The position numbers and the translations under genes were made by a program. From Octopus sinensis (Eukaryota), in contig NC_043002.1 in assembly GCF_006345805.1 (NCBI RefSeq), forward strand, positions 5,642,001 to 5,706,000: a DNA stretch of 64,000 nt, in the 5' to 3' direction. Below the pieces are notes generated by a model that was not told where the DNA came from, ran no database searches, and saw only the letters and a list, made by a program, of their open reading frames with translations. Below, piece after piece: positions 1 through 13,659 of the stretch. Numbering within the stretch: the first letter of the stretch is position 1; every line of letters starts with the position of its first letter.

Positions 1-470
1 GCTTTTTCTCCTTATAATATAATCCTTGAGGAAAAGAAGCGCATCGAATAGCAAGAACAGTCAGAGTCAGCTGTTGACGTTGACGATCCACAGCCATCTA
101 CATCCGCGATGTAGGCCACCAAATGGTATGTACGTATTGGTAAGTTTAAAATAATTGAGCTTTCTTTATTACAAAATAATAATAATTATATAATTATTGA
201 ATTTGTTTTTTAAGCTTAAAAAAGGCTTTTATTTTCCCATGTCTTACTGAAAACCTCATTCATAAATAAAGCGTCCACGATGTACGATAAACACCACCAA
301 TTTGTATTCGTAAATTTAGATTGCTTTTTTTTTTTACTGTACTGTATTAAAAAATAAAAATAATTTGTTTGTAAGCTTAAAATAGGTTTTTTATTAAACA
401 TGTATTATTGAAAATTCATTCATAAATAAAATACAGAACTGGGAATGGTTATTATCGATTTAGCGTAGAG
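1..470 (+). mobile_element. Probable 3' end of a Tigger/pogo-like DNA transposon (decayed)
   Basis: Reading YNIILEEKKRIE*QEQSESAVDVDDPQPSTSAM* (to ~113) resembles Tigger transposase C-termini. It is followed by an AT-rich tail with an internal duplication (~201-270 vs ~363-431). Confidence 0.35.
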
Positions 471-615
471 GCAAGTAAATTCGGCCTAGCCTAGCATAGA
501 GACAAGTTAATTCAACTTAAGTCGTGTCTCCTGGAACTAATTAACGAAGTAGGGTTAGGTATGCCTAAATATATATGTGTGAGTGTGTGTGTGTGTGTAT
601 AAATATATATGAGTG

Positions 616-643
<28 letters not shown>

Positions 644-646
<3 letters not shown>

Positions 647-980
647 GGCGCATGGCTTAGTGGTTAGAGCGCCGAGCTTACGATCATGAGGTTGTGAGTT
701 CGATTCCCGGAGCGGGCTGTGTGTTTTGTTCTTGAGCAAGACACTTTATTTCACGTTGCTCCAGTTTCACTTACCTGTAGAAATGACTTGCAACGTCACT
801 GGTACCAAGCTGTATCGGCCCCTTTCCCCTTCCCTTGGATAACATCGGTGGCGTGGAGAGAGGAGGCTGGTATGCATGGGCAACTGCTGGCCTTCCACAA
901 ACAACCTTGCCCAGACTTGTGCCTCGGAGGGTAACTTTCTGGGTGCAATCCCATGGTCATTCATGGCCGAAGGGGTCTCC
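644..980 (+). mobile_element. tRNA-derived SINE, family A (tail type 1)
   Basis: A-box TGGCTTAGTGG and B-box GAGTTCGATTCCC, then central block ttcttgagcaagacactttatttcacgttgctccag shared with 26090-26353 and 44685-44970. Confidence 0.8.
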
Positions 981-1216
981 TATCATATATATAAAATATA
1001 TATATATATATATTATATCTATATATATATATTATATATATATACATATATTATATATATATATATATATATAATATATATATATATATATAATATATAA
1101 TATTATATATATATAATATTATTGTCATATTGATATGTTTTGTAGCCACAATGTGAATGATTTAAAAAAAAATTTATTGTCAAGTTCTGGTTGGCAATAA
1201 TTAAGAAAAGATCATA

Positions 1217-2100
1217 AGGTGGTGGATTGGCAGAAACGTTAAGGAATCGGTATTTAGTTCAACCACTCAGCATACGGAGTTCAAGTTCTACCAAAGACAT
1301 CTCTGCTCTTCATTCTTTCGAGAGTCGTTAAAATAAAGTACAAGTCAAGCAGTGGGCCGATGGTATCGACTACTCACCCTCTCCTCCCCTCAGTTGCCCG
1401 GTTTATGCCTAAATCAGAAACCATTTAAGATGATAAACTGGCAGAATCGATAGAACCTCTGAAAATTTAGAGTCTATAGGTCCTGGGTTCAAATTAGACT
1501 AATGTCATCTTTTCATCTCTCCTGGGTCGATGAGATAAAGAATCAGTCAAGAACTGGAATCAATGGTATCGATTAACCCACTTCTTCAAAATTCCAGGCC
1601 TTGTGCCGATAGTAGAATGGATTAAATCATCATCATCATCATCATTTTTATCACCTCTCATTTTGAACTTGACAAAGACAGACTTACTGTCGAAATATCG
1701 TTCAACCAATAAAATACCTATTACAATCGAATCGCTCACTTCGTCTTGACTGTTTACCTTTGTGAAGAGTTACGAAAATCCTTTTTAAAATATTATTATT
1801 ATTATTACTATTATTCCCCCAAAAGTTTCAAGGCCTTGTGCTTAGAGCAGAAATCATTATTATTATTATCATTATTATTACTATTTCACGAATTAGTGGA
1901 ATTTTTGTAATCAGATAAACATTCCTAGTGGCATTTGTATCGGCCATTTACCTTCCGAGTTTTATTTCCGACAAGGTCAACTTTGCCTTTCATCTTTCAT
2001 GGTCGATGAAATAAAGTTCCAGTGAAGTAATGAGGTCAATGTAATCGGCTGAACTCGCTCCCGCTAAATTGCTGACCTTGTGTCAAAAATTGAAACAATT
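1217..2100 (+). mobile_element. Cluster of three decayed family B SINE copies
   Basis: Degenerate matches to gagttcaaattcc...gcctttcatcctttcggggtcgataaaataagtac at ~1217-1420, ~1430-1620 and ~1890-2100. Confidence 0.6.
1663..1705 (+). ncRNA. Degenerate minimal type I hammerhead ribozyme
   Basis: Stem I ttgaac/gttcaa; core TTGACAA (two changes from CTGACGA); stem II gacag/ctgtc; GAAAT-ATC. Confidence 0.55.
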
Positions 2101-2224
2101 ATTGTTGTTACTGAACTTTCCTCGTCTAGTAATGCAATAGGGGAAATAAACAAACTTTTTTTTTTCCATTCTGTGCTGTGAAACAAAAGGAATTTAGCAA
2201 TTACCCAACCAACATCACACATAC

Positions 2225-2356
<132 letters not shown>

Positions 2357-2694
2357 TCTGGATGGAGGTTGGGCCAATCCGGCTTGATTATTGTTTAGTC
2401 GAGTATACAAAGATATCTTGTCATATGATACAACTACATTCAAACGCCTGTTTACTTGAAAGTCTCCACCCTCCATTCACATGAGAACGAAATGGCCATT
2501 CTTTGTCTTCTTTTCTTTGGTAGGATACAAGATAATGGTGTGAGGGTGTGGCCTTCGGAGTTGATTTCCATTCAACTATTTCGCTTACTTAACAAATTAA
2601 TGTGTATATATGAGTATTTGTGAGCATACGTCTATTCATATCTCTATCCGTATCTGTCAATCAATATTGTGTGTGTGTGTGAACACACCACACA

Positions 2695-2735
<41 letters not shown>

Positions 2736-2737
2736 AT

Positions 2738-2775
<38 letters not shown>

Positions 2776-2781
2776 ATTAGT

Positions 2782-2832
<51 letters not shown>

Positions 2833-2871
2833 ATATATAATATATATATTATATATATCTATATATATATA

Positions 2872-2971
2872 NNNNNNNNNNNNNNNNNNNNNNNNNNNNN
2901 NNNNNNNNNNNNNNNNNNNNNNNNNNNNNNNNNNNNNNNNNNNNNNNNNNNNNNNNNNNNNNNNNNNNNNN
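2872..2971. other. Assembly gap (100 N) beside a (TA)n tract
   Basis: Run of 100 N. Confidence 0.99.
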
Positions 2972-3074
2972 AGAAATAGAAAGAAACAATTTTGAATGTC
3001 CTTAATTCATATTCTGTCGCAATCTAACCGAAAGCAGTACAAGTTCGAATTCAAGTGTGTTATGGAAATTTACT

Positions 3075-3993
3075 AACATTAAGGTTTGTCTTTCTGGAGT
3101 GAAAAATTATTGAATAAAATCCACTGCATGGACTGTCTTTTTGTCTTTGGCTCAGAGTGATGAATCCAACACTCATCCTGAGTTAGGAAACGTTCAAGGA
3201 AGCCAGCTGCATCTGCCTCAAACAGCCTGGTGCACTTTTGATCAGTTGTCAGAAGACGTGGCACCTACTGAACAGGAACTTTCGTCATGCCAACTTCATT
3301 GTGCAGAATATTCTAGACTCTCTCATGGAATATGCCAATAGCGTTTGGCTCTTTGATTTATAGTCAATTGCCTGTTGTCCATCAGCATGTGGTGAACAAG
3401 ATCGATGTTTTTACTCGGTGATAGCAGTCGCAAGACATCCAGACCTTGGATCACCATCAAGACTCTCCCTTTCCCTCCTTAATCCCCTTATGTAACAACC
3501 ATATAAGCAGGAATGTCCCGGGTGGTGGTGGTGGTGGGGATAAATCCTTTTTCTGCAGGTACTTCATTACACCACGGTGCTTAATTTCGTCCATGTTCCA
3601 GAGAAGTTGCCGCAAGTTACTTCTGAAGTCTTCTTTAACCAGTCGAATAGTTTACCTGGAAAGAAACAATGCAGTTATTAATAAAAAGTGTTGAAATTAA
3701 TGCATGTAAAATTTCTCAGCTCTAGCATCGCTCCTTCATATCCTATTTCTTTATTACCCACAAGGGGCTAAACACAGAGGAGACAAACAAGGACAGACAA
3801 ACGGATTAAGTCGATTACATCGACCCCAGTGCGTAACTGGTACTTAATTTATCAACCCCGAAAGGATGAAGGGCAAAGTCGACCTCACAACGTAACGCAG
3901 ACGAAATACCACTTTGTATTTCGCCTGGCGTGCTTACGTTTCTGCCAGCTCGCCGCCTTCATATCCGATGAGCTTTTCAGTCCAACCCCGTAT
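3075..3993 (-). mobile_element. Mariner transposon 5' half with transposase pseudogene, interrupted by a SINE
   Basis: Minus strand reads MDEIKHRGVMKYLQKKDLSP from ~3594 and ..PRLLTTDQK..FLERFLTQDECWIHHSEPKTKRQSMQW (WVPxxL and first catalytic Asp region). TIR-like tacggggttggactgaaaag near 3975-3993. Confidence 0.8.
3744..3957 (-). mobile_element. Family B SINE inserted in the mariner 5' region
   Basis: Near full-length family B sequence with TSD ttcatatcc at 3735-3743 and 3958-3966. Confidence 0.85.
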
Positions 3994-4144
3994 ATTCTTC
4001 AAAGTCACCTTTTATTTTAAAATTTAAGCACGTAGTATTCTGTTAAAAAGTATTGAATGATTACTCTATTCTACAAGTCGGTGAGCTTAGCGATCCGGGC
4101 GAAATGCTTATCGGTATTTCGTCTGCCGCTACGTTCTGAGTTCA

Positions 4145-4280
4145 TGCATACATATATACATGCATACATACAAACATACATATATACATGCATACATACA
4201 TGCATACATACATACATGCATACATACATACATACAAACATACATACATATAAAACATACATACATACATACAAACATAC

Positions 4281-4311
<31 letters not shown>

Positions 4312-4790
4312 GACACACATGCATACATACATACATACATACATACATACATACATACAAACATACATACAAACATACATGCATACATACATACATACAA
4401 ACATACATACATACATACATACATACAAACATACATACATACATACAAACATACATACATACATACATACATACATACATACATACATACATGCATGCAT
4501 ACATACATACACACACATACATACATACAATCATGCATACATGCATACATACATACAACATACATACATACATACACACATGCATACATATATACATACA
4601 TATACACATACATACATACATACATACACACATGCATACATACATACATATACACATACATATATACATACATACATAAATACATACATACACACATACA
4701 CACACATACATACATACATACATACATGCATACATACATACATACATGCATACATACATATAAACATACATACATTCATTCATTCTTTCA
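4145..4790. repeat. Long imperfect (CATA)n microsatellite
   Basis: Direct reading; the source of the HTYI/MYVC ORFs. Confidence 0.95.
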
Positions 4791-5751
4791 TTCGTTGGGC
4801 AGGGGGCGCTGTACACTTTTCAGGGATGGCACTTCTTTGTCGACAGCCTGAAGTATAACCATTGTGTGAGTTTTTGACGTGGGCGCTCAACCTGCAACGG
4901 TTCTTTCATGTGTTCCATAATGGAGCATTTGAATTCCTTAATCACTTCCTAAACGGATATGTCTTTGTAATGAATATTTATGTCCCCATTTTATGTCTAA
5001 TATGCAGAGTTATATATGTTCAGCTGAGGAAGCTCTGTCTGCTAATGCCTATTATAATCTTTCAAGAAGATATTTCTCTCTCAAGAAAGACGTTAACAAC
5101 GTATTTCTACAGTTGTGCACAACCGTAGAAATATTTCTACTGCTACTACTGTTGTCGTTGTTGTTACTGGTTAGCCCCAACGTCAGGTCAAGACCATTTT
5201 AAGTCAATTAGCAAGGGCATTCCAACCATGACCATCCCGTTTTTTGTACTTATATAATGGATCTTAGACTATATGCTGAAGTGTCATGACATCATGGATA
5301 ATATGACCATCCCGCCTTTTTTTACCGACAAGATAAATATAATACTATATTATCCGAGATGTTGTGGTGGCTCAGCAATGTCATAGGAGATAATATGACC
5401 AGTCCATCTTTTCCCAGTGTACAGAGCAATCTAAAATGCTTTATCCAATGATGATAGAGTGTAATTCGAGTAAGATCTGGCTAATATTATTAATAGATGA
5501 GACGCCTATGTAGAGGCCACTTCGTTGGAAGGTATTCCTACTATTGTATATACCACTACAGGAATATTTCTACTGTGCTCACTTGTATTTCTTGATGCTA
5601 CTAGAGGTCATTCTAGACATAAATTGGCAGTGTTGCTTGAGGGATAGAACACCTTACGGAATTTGTTTCGACACGTTCTCTGTGTTCAAATCCCACTGTG
5701 GCCAATTTTGTGTTTATTTTATATATATATAAATAAATTTTTTTTTTTTAA

Positions 5752-5785
<34 letters not shown>

Positions 5786-7495
5786 GCAGCACGGGTTTTT
5801 GTCAGTGAACAGGTCGCAGATTTTAGCGACGAAAATATTTTGACAAATTTAACTTAAATGTTGAAGTGAATCGAACGGCTTTTGTGTGTTTCTTAAATGG
5901 CTTACAAACACCTTCCACGCTGCAATTATATATATATATATATATATATTGGTTGGGATGGTGGGTCGATAAAAAAGAACTAATTCAGGTCGGTGGACCC
6001 AGAAACCGATCCAAATCACCGACCCAGAAACCTTGTGGCAGTCTCCGCCCCTTGTGTTCTAAGTTCATATCTCGCCGTGGCCTGCATGGGAATTTGACTT
6101 AATCCATCATCCGGTTTAACAACACCGACAGGCACCTTGTGTGTCTGTGACGGAGTCTCCAATGTTGCAAGTACTCGGATCAGATTTCCAGTTTGAGGAT
6201 CCTTCTTTCCTCCAAGCCACCAGTCTTGGAATTCCTTGTAAAGGACTCTGTCTTTCCTTCTAAAACACTAAAAAATAACAACATATGACAAGAACAAATA
6301 TCTAAGCTCTATGTAGGAGCTCGAACGGCATGTAGCAGCCAAATCGCCTCGTATCGCCCAACCGACTTAAAAAAAGAAACAACACCTAGAATAATGTAAT
6401 TTGGAGCACATTACGCTTAGAAATAAAAGGACCGAATCATCATAGTTGGAAGGATTTTGATTATAGGTGTGTTCAGGGAGGGCCGGCTTAGTGTTAAACA
6501 ACAACATATTTAGAAACTCCAGAGTATTTGCGGCAGCGGTTATTGACAAATAATATATTTTGTTCTTTTATGGATCAGCCAAATTAGTAAGGGCAGTACT
6601 CATGGGGTTTTTTTTTGGGGGGGGGTTGTTTCTGAGTGTGACGTTTGAAGGTAGAGTGCATTTGCACTCAGCTGGCTCTTATTACAGTCAAGAAGACTGG
6701 AGTAATGTGAAATAAAGTGCCTTGCTTAAGGATCAAACGTACTGCCCGGTCCAGAAATCGAACCCATTACCTTATAATCCATAACCGTGAACCTTCATAG
6801 TAGATAATTTATTTCTTCATAATCCTCCAGAGAGACGATAAGGTTAAGGTTGGGACTGCCCCCCCCCACTTTTTTTTTACTATAGGTTTGCTATATTTTA
6901 GTCTAAACAGAAGATAAACAACTTCAGACGCAACAAAATCTTGTTAAATCTAATGTCGAATTATTGAACACCTTAAGTTCAAGATCCCTTTGGAAAGTAG
7001 AGGTAAATATGTCACAATTCTCAAAAGAACTATGTTACTGGTGATGTTAATGGTATGAACAGTCTTCAATCGATAAATGCTGATAAGATTTCGTTTACTT
7101 TAAGCGGTACGGTACATAAAACCACCAAAAATTTAATTATCTTGGTATGATATAAAGGAAGGCAACAGAAGTGGGATTTTTATTTTATGAGTATAAAGTA
7201 AAAGATAAAAGCAAATGTGCTTTATTTTCTGAGATATAATATAAACTTACTGGCAGTAAAAGCATGGAATGGATTTAGAAGAATACATTGGGAAAAGATG
7301 ATGCATTGAAACGAGTGCAGAATAGGAATTTCTGCAATAAACAATAAAATGCATTCGCAAACACCAAAATAATGTCGAAATCACGACATTGCTGTCTCCT
7401 CCCCAACCTCTCTCTCTTTTTCACACACGCACGCACGCACGCACACACTCACTCACATGCACACACAAACGTACATATAAATAAATAAATGAATT

Positions 7496-7530
<35 letters not shown>

Positions 7531-7605
7531 ATATGTACATATATGCATACATTCATACACATTCATACATAAATGTGTAAATACATATATTTAGGCAGAA
7601 ACACA

Positions 7606-7650
<45 letters not shown>

Positions 7651-8097
7651 GCATAATACGTTTGCATGTATAAAAGAGAGTAACACTATTAAATACGTGA
7701 AGCAGAATGCATTTATTCGTTCAACGCTGATGTTTCAACGCGTCACTCCAATTCCTAACCTCCGAGATACGAACAAACGACCGCCTTCTTGATTGAATAA
7801 ACCAGCAGTCGGTGACCTAGGCTTTCTAACAGTCACGTTTCTAACTGAAGACATTTTTTTTTCTTAAATTAAGTTGACATGTAACTGACTAAACAAACAT
7901 TTTTTCTTTCTGATTAAATATTTTCTTTTTTTTCTTCGAATATCACGACGCAATTTTTAAAGGCATGTTTTTATGCAAGTTTGTTTACAGACTCAGTAAT
8001 GTCTCCTCCAATGTTCTACAGCAATGTTTACGATACTAAAGACGAAATTTTAAATCTGTGTTCTTACTATTATTACTACTATTACACTAATAGCATC

Positions 8098-8492
8098 ATT
8101 TTTTTTTTCTAGTTTCAGCTCAGAGCTGCGGCCATGCTGATGCACCGCCGTTTTGTGCTACACTGTTATTACGAAGAACCTCCTTTAATATGTAGCACTT
8201 GGTGAAGAATGGAGTTTGATATAGCTACGCTCATTTGCACCTCTTGCCGTGAGGTAGGTTCATCTGGGACTCTTGACAGGAAGATGTCCAGCTTTGATTT
8301 AAAAACTGCTACATCTACTTTGTGCAAGTTCCTCAGACTCTTTGGGAGAATATTAAAAAGCTGTGGGCCCTTGAAACCCAGGCTGTTGCAGAAGCTGGTC
8401 CTGAAGCGTGATGGCATTGCTGGGATCTTTGGCACTATGCAGTGTCGTCCCGTTCTAGCATTGGTGTAGCTTGCAATGCCAAAATTTGGCAC
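8098..8492 (-). mobile_element. CR1/L2-group LINE 3' fragment
   Basis: ORF2 C-terminus ..GPQLFNILPKSLRNLHKVDVAVFKSKLDIFLSRVPDEP.., then 3'UTR ggcggtgcatcagcatggccgcagctctgagctgaaactag and an A-tail. Second copy at 24539-24697. Confidence 0.8.
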
Positions 8493-8807
8493 ATTTGTTT
8501 GGTTATTTAAAAAATTTTTTGGGAGGGTGGAGTATATGTTTTTAGTAAGCCGTAAGCTTAAAGCCTCATGGTTAACAATCCAGTTTACTATTTTCCACAG
8601 CTAGAAGCACAGTTTCTGACACTCAATGTAAGACCGCGACTGCAATGTTCTCCTTCGTAACTACTTTTGCCTCAGTCAGAAATAAAGAAACTTTCTCAAT
8701 TATGACATAGCAATTACCAGTCATGCGAAACATTGACTATCTCAACGGCGACAGCAGTATCTCTTACATGAGAAGTCTCAAAGCTAGAAAATACGACAAA
8801 TGTGGAA

Positions 8808-8875
<68 letters not shown>

Positions 8876-8964
8876 TCTCGACTGAAAACAAGAAAAAACA
8901 TCTAAATTTCAAGAATTACGTTTTTAGTTGCTTTATTTTTCGTATATATATGTATGTATGTGTG

Positions 8965-8997
<33 letters not shown>

Positions 8998-8999
8998 AT

Positions 9000-9111
<112 letters not shown>

Positions 9112-9404
9112 GTATGTATATATATATATATATAATATATATATATATATATGCCCCTTTAATTCTTCTTGGCAACAAAATAGTGTATTTTCTTATTTTT
9201 AAATCATAATTAATAATTGCAGCAATTGAATTTGTTAATATATATATATATATTTGTTTTGCAAGATTCTTGATGTGAAATCGTGTGTTGAAATAGATAT
9301 TGTTGTATTTAGGAATGGTCATTTTGCCAGTTTAGCCAATAAAAACATACGCACTATATATTTGGTGTTAATTTGCTTCAGCTTTATTTATTTTTTACAT
9401 TAAT

Positions 9405-9462
9405 CTTAATCTTATTTCGGCCAGAGTTCTTTCGTCACACTTCTGTTACCTCATCAGTGGTC
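9405..9462 (-). ncRNA. Decayed hammerhead-like motif
   Basis: Minus strand CTGATGA-ggt..caga...tctggcc-GAAAT; stem I cannot be formed. Confidence 0.3.
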
Positions 9463-10057
9463 CTTTGCTTTCTTCTTTCTTATTTGTGTGTCTCTCCTTA
9501 CTAACGGTCAGCCATTATGTATTTTGTATTCTTATTATATGTGTCTTTATTTGCGCATGCGTATACCTCTATGTATGTCTACACCCCCACACACTAACTA
9601 AACATAGACATGCATATCAATTATAAAGTTAAAAAATAGCAAAGTTAAAAATATATATGTACTATATGATAAAAGTAATCATGTACAAACCATGTTCAAT
9701 GAACACTGGAACTGCTATACCGAAAAGAAATCTATAACAAAATGTTATCAACTGTTCAGTCCCTAGGCACAGAGTGGATATCGTATTAATACATATTTAT
9801 ATTATATTAAGGTATGTTACCGGATTAGCTTGCATATAAGAATATGAGACTAGTTTCAAACAAAAATTCGAATGGAGTAATACAATTCCTACATGCATAA
9901 GAAGTGCATGTGTTATCCACCTCTCTAGAGATCACTATTATATGCGTATGTAAATACATGTGCATATGTATATATGCTATGTGCATGTATGTGTCTTTAC
10001 TTGTGTACCTATACATGCATATATATGTTAATGCATACACACATACACACACAAAGA

Positions 10058-10245
10058 CGGCGAGCTGGTAGAATCGTTAGCACACCGGGCAACACGCTTA
10101 GCTTCACATTTCGAGTTCAAATTCTGCCGAGATCAACTTTGCCTTTCATTCCTTCGAGGTCGATAAAATGAGTACCGGTTCAGCACTGCGGTCGATGTAC
10201 TCAACTTAAACCCGAAATTGTTAGCCATGTGCCAAAATTTGAAAC
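10058..10245 (+). mobile_element. Family B SINE, diverged
   Basis: ggcgagctggtagaatcgttagcac...gagttcaaattctgccgag...gcctttcattccttcgaggtcgataaaatgagtacc. Confidence 0.7.
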
Positions 10246-10246
10246 T

Positions 10247-10305
<59 letters not shown>

Positions 10306-10717
10306 CAAGAGTTACGGAATGGAGTAGATAAGATCCGGGCTATATGTTTCATAGCAAGCTAAACACCTCAGAAGTAATAAATGTCCAGGTGAGGTGTATA
10401 CCGCAGGCTACGCTTCAGGCCAAGAATATCTTGATTAAATGAAAGTTTACATTGCTGCAGCAAACAGGTACATGTCAACGCTTGGAAGATTCAATCAGAA
10501 TGCAAGAATCAATCAGAATGGAAGATTTAGTCACACTTTCTGATTGAATTTTCCATGTATTAACATGTACCTCGTTGCGGAAATGTAAACTTTCATTTAA
10601 TCAAGATATCCTTGGCCTGAAGAATACACCTCGCCTGGATATTCACCACTTCTGAGATTCCCCTCACTATGAAACATATGTGGCCCGGATCTTCTCTATT
10701 CCATTCCGTCGCTCTTG
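10306..10717. repeat. Inverted repeat (~190-bp diverged arms) carrying a hammerhead
   Basis: 10306-10500 is the reverse complement of ~10535-10717, e.g. aatcaagat/atcttgatt, aaactttcatttaa/ttaaatgaaagttt, cccggatct/agatccggg. Confidence 0.85.
10614..10685 (+). ncRNA. Type I hammerhead ribozyme with mutated cleavage triplet
   Basis: ggc-CTGAAGA-ata...tat-GAAAC-ATAT-GTG-gcc. The opposite arm has a related, more decayed copy. Confidence 0.6.
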
Positions 10718-10784
10718 CTTTTTTATTCGCACACCCGGCAATCCTGGTCGCCTACCGTGAAATATAAAAAAAAAATTTTCTCAG

Positions 10785-11074
10785 TTAGAAAAAAATCACC
10801 TTTTATCAATTACACCATCTAGAAAATTACATATAATAAAAATATTAAAAATAAAATAAAATAACAATAATATACCGATGATTAAGTAAATTTCAAAATA
10901 ATAATAATAACGTATATATTTAGTAAATATATACTTTTTATTATTATTTTGCAATTTACTTAATCATCGGTATATTATAGTTATTTTATTTTTAATGTTT
11001 TTATTATATGTAATTTTCTAGATGTATAATATAATTGTTCATTTTGAATTGATAAAAGGTGGGGTTTTTTCTAA
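10785..11074. repeat. AT-rich foldback (~135-bp arms, almost no spacer)
   Basis: ataccgatgattaagtaaat / atttacttaatcatcggtat; tctagaaaattacatataataaaaa / tttttattatatgtaattttctaga; accttttatcaatt / aattgataaaaggt. Confidence 0.85.
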
Positions 11075-12079
11075 TTTTTATATATATATATTATATTTTG
11101 TGAACTTTGATTTAGTATTTCTAAATTGAATTTTTTCCTGTAAGTTAGGAATAATATTCCCTCAAATAATTATTATATATATATATAGCATCTGTTTTTT
11201 TAAACTTTGAACTCGGTGATTATATCTTTATTGCAACAGTTAAATACATCAACTTAGCAGGAGTCCAGTATTCAAAGCTGTAATATATTTCAAGCATACT
11301 TTGATACGATTTATATACCCATAGCATACATCTCCAATAGTTTAAAACCAGGTTCCATGAGTTAAGAAAATACTAATAAATACTACTTATAGAAAAAAAA
11401 AGGAGTCACCATTATGAACTGGATAAGTTTACATGATAGATAGTGAAAGCAGAAGGACTATATGTAAGCATGTATGTATATGTATGTTATTTATGTATAT
11501 ATGTGCGTGTATGTGTCTATGTATCTATATATGTATGTGTGTATATATGTGTTTATATATATATATTTAATTTTATTTGTAAGGGAATAAAAATTCCGGC
11601 ATAACAGGGGTTCAAATTATTCTCAATGAGGAAATATATATTTTTTTTTCATACCCTTGGAGTGGAATTCATCATTGAAGGGCCTACTATCTCTAAATGA
11701 ATATATATATATATATATATATACATATGCACGTCTGTATTTGTGTGAATGGGTGGAGTGAGGGATAACGGCATGATGATGACGGCGACAACGCCGTCGA
11801 GAACGATGACAATGATGACGTCGATGAGTCGGTTTTTTTTAGATAAATGTCCTGAAATTACCGACCGATTATAGGTAATTAATATAATTATACAACACAA
11901 CTGTTACAGTATGTCGGTCGAGGTCGGCTGCTTGCTATGTTTATCAGCAAATATGTACTTGCAACAATATCCTTCGTTCCCACTGTTTCTCCATGACAGG
12001 AAGTATATCTGATAGGAAATGTTTCAAATGCTATATGCATGCGTAAATGTATTTTTTTACATTCTCTCTCCCTCCCTCC

Positions 12080-12115
<36 letters not shown>

Positions 12116-12227
12116 TTCTCTCTCTATCCCCGCTCTCCCTCTATTTACATCTCTTTACACACACACATACACATATATTTATTTACCGACATATATATAT
12201 TTACAGATATATATATATATATATGAA

Positions 12228-12336
12228 ATACAAAATGGGACAAGAACGCAAAACATCCTATTAGACGATACAAAAAACACGGACGGGTCATTCGAAGCCT
12301 CTAATCTTCACTCAAGAACCGGATCATCCTCGCAAT
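12228..12336 (-). repeat. Family E repeat fragment (probable PLE terminal repeat)
   Basis: atgggacaagaacgcaaaacatcc...cacggacgggtcattcg...tcaagaaccggatcatc matches 19436-19550 and 33864-34050. Confidence 0.6.
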
Positions 12337-12702
12337 ATATACATACATACGTATATATGTAAACATGTGCTCACGTGATGTATACATACACACATACCCT
12401 CATGCACACGTACATCCATACACTCACATATACAGATGCATATACATACGTACACACATATATACATACACCCACATACATACATTCATACACACACACA
12501 TGCAAAGTAAGGCTGGGCTTAGGTTACTGGGGAGAGAAGACAAGTCTTTAATTAATACACTGCAAATTATCACGATATCTGAGACTATAAAAATCTACTA
12601 GACCTCAAGGTTCCCTTTATAACCTTGTTACCAAGCAGGTGACCGGCCAAAATTTGCTCTGAATGAAGAAGAGAAAGAGAGCATGCATATATGCAAAACA
12701 CG

Positions 12703-12758
<56 letters not shown>

Positions 12759-13195
12759 CACACACACAAACAAAAACCTAGAAATACTCGATTTCACAAA
12801 GAAAGAGCAAAAGAAACTGACGCAGATTCTCCAAATCCAATCTGTAAGTGGCACAGTGAAGTTCTGTAAAACATTCCAAAAATTCTCCATCTGAAATTCT
12901 AATGTGAATATCTGCACTCACTTGGGTCTATGCATCGACACTTCAACCAACTCACCAACTCAACTACATAGTTACAAACACCAGGAGCTTTTTAACTCAA
13001 AAAGTCTTATCGCTTTGTTAGCGACCGGCTTGAACTTTCTCAAGAAAAACTTAAATAAAACTCAAAGAAAAATATGCATACATACATGCATACATATGCA
13101 TTGGTCAGAATTTCCGGCCATAGGTTTTCAAGTTTACAATCAAATGAATTCAGTTCGGGTGGCAGTCGTCGACTATCTCGGACACACACGCACCT

Positions 13196-13425
13196 ATTTC
13201 TTTACTACCTACAAGGAGCTAAACACAGAGAGGACAAACAAGGACAGACAAACGGATTAAGTCGATTTTATCGACCCCAGTGCGCAACTGGTACTTAATT
13301 TATCGACCCCGAAAGAATGAAAGGCAAAGTCGACCTCGGCGGAATTTGAACTCAGAAGGTAACGGCAGACGAAATACTGCTAAACATTTCACCCGGCGTG
13401 CTAACGTTTCTTCCAGCTCACCACC
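13196..13425 (-). mobile_element. Family B SINE, full length
   Basis: Near-identical to the copies at 28876, 33078, 61073 and 61641. Confidence 0.85.
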
Positions 13426-13659
13426 TTAGACACACGCGTACTGTTAATGTACTTTTCAGGTGAAATCTTGCGTGACAGAGTGTCCCAAGGCTGAACATTT
13501 AAACCCCACGGACAATCCATCCAACGGGTTTTTACACAGCTTAGTCTATCCAAGTTTACTCACAAGGTATGATTCAGCATTTGCCCAAGATGCCAGGCAG
13601 TGGGATTGAAACGGGGACCTCGTAATTTAGAAACGAACTTCGTAAACTATGCTTATACA

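Noticed and set aside
644-720. tRNA genes at SINE heads (also ~26280, ~51570, ~58215, ~62450)
   Set aside because: A/B boxes are present, but the acceptor stems are incomplete and each continues into a SINE body, several with TSDs.
4057-4858. Long ORFs rich in HTYI/MYVC (also 31966-32549, 41474-41999 and similar)
   Set aside because: They are translations of stop-free microsatellites.
7160-7178. ggcaacagaagtgggat resembling a Gypsy primer-binding site
   Set aside because: The match is imperfect, with no identifiable LTR pair or gag downstream.
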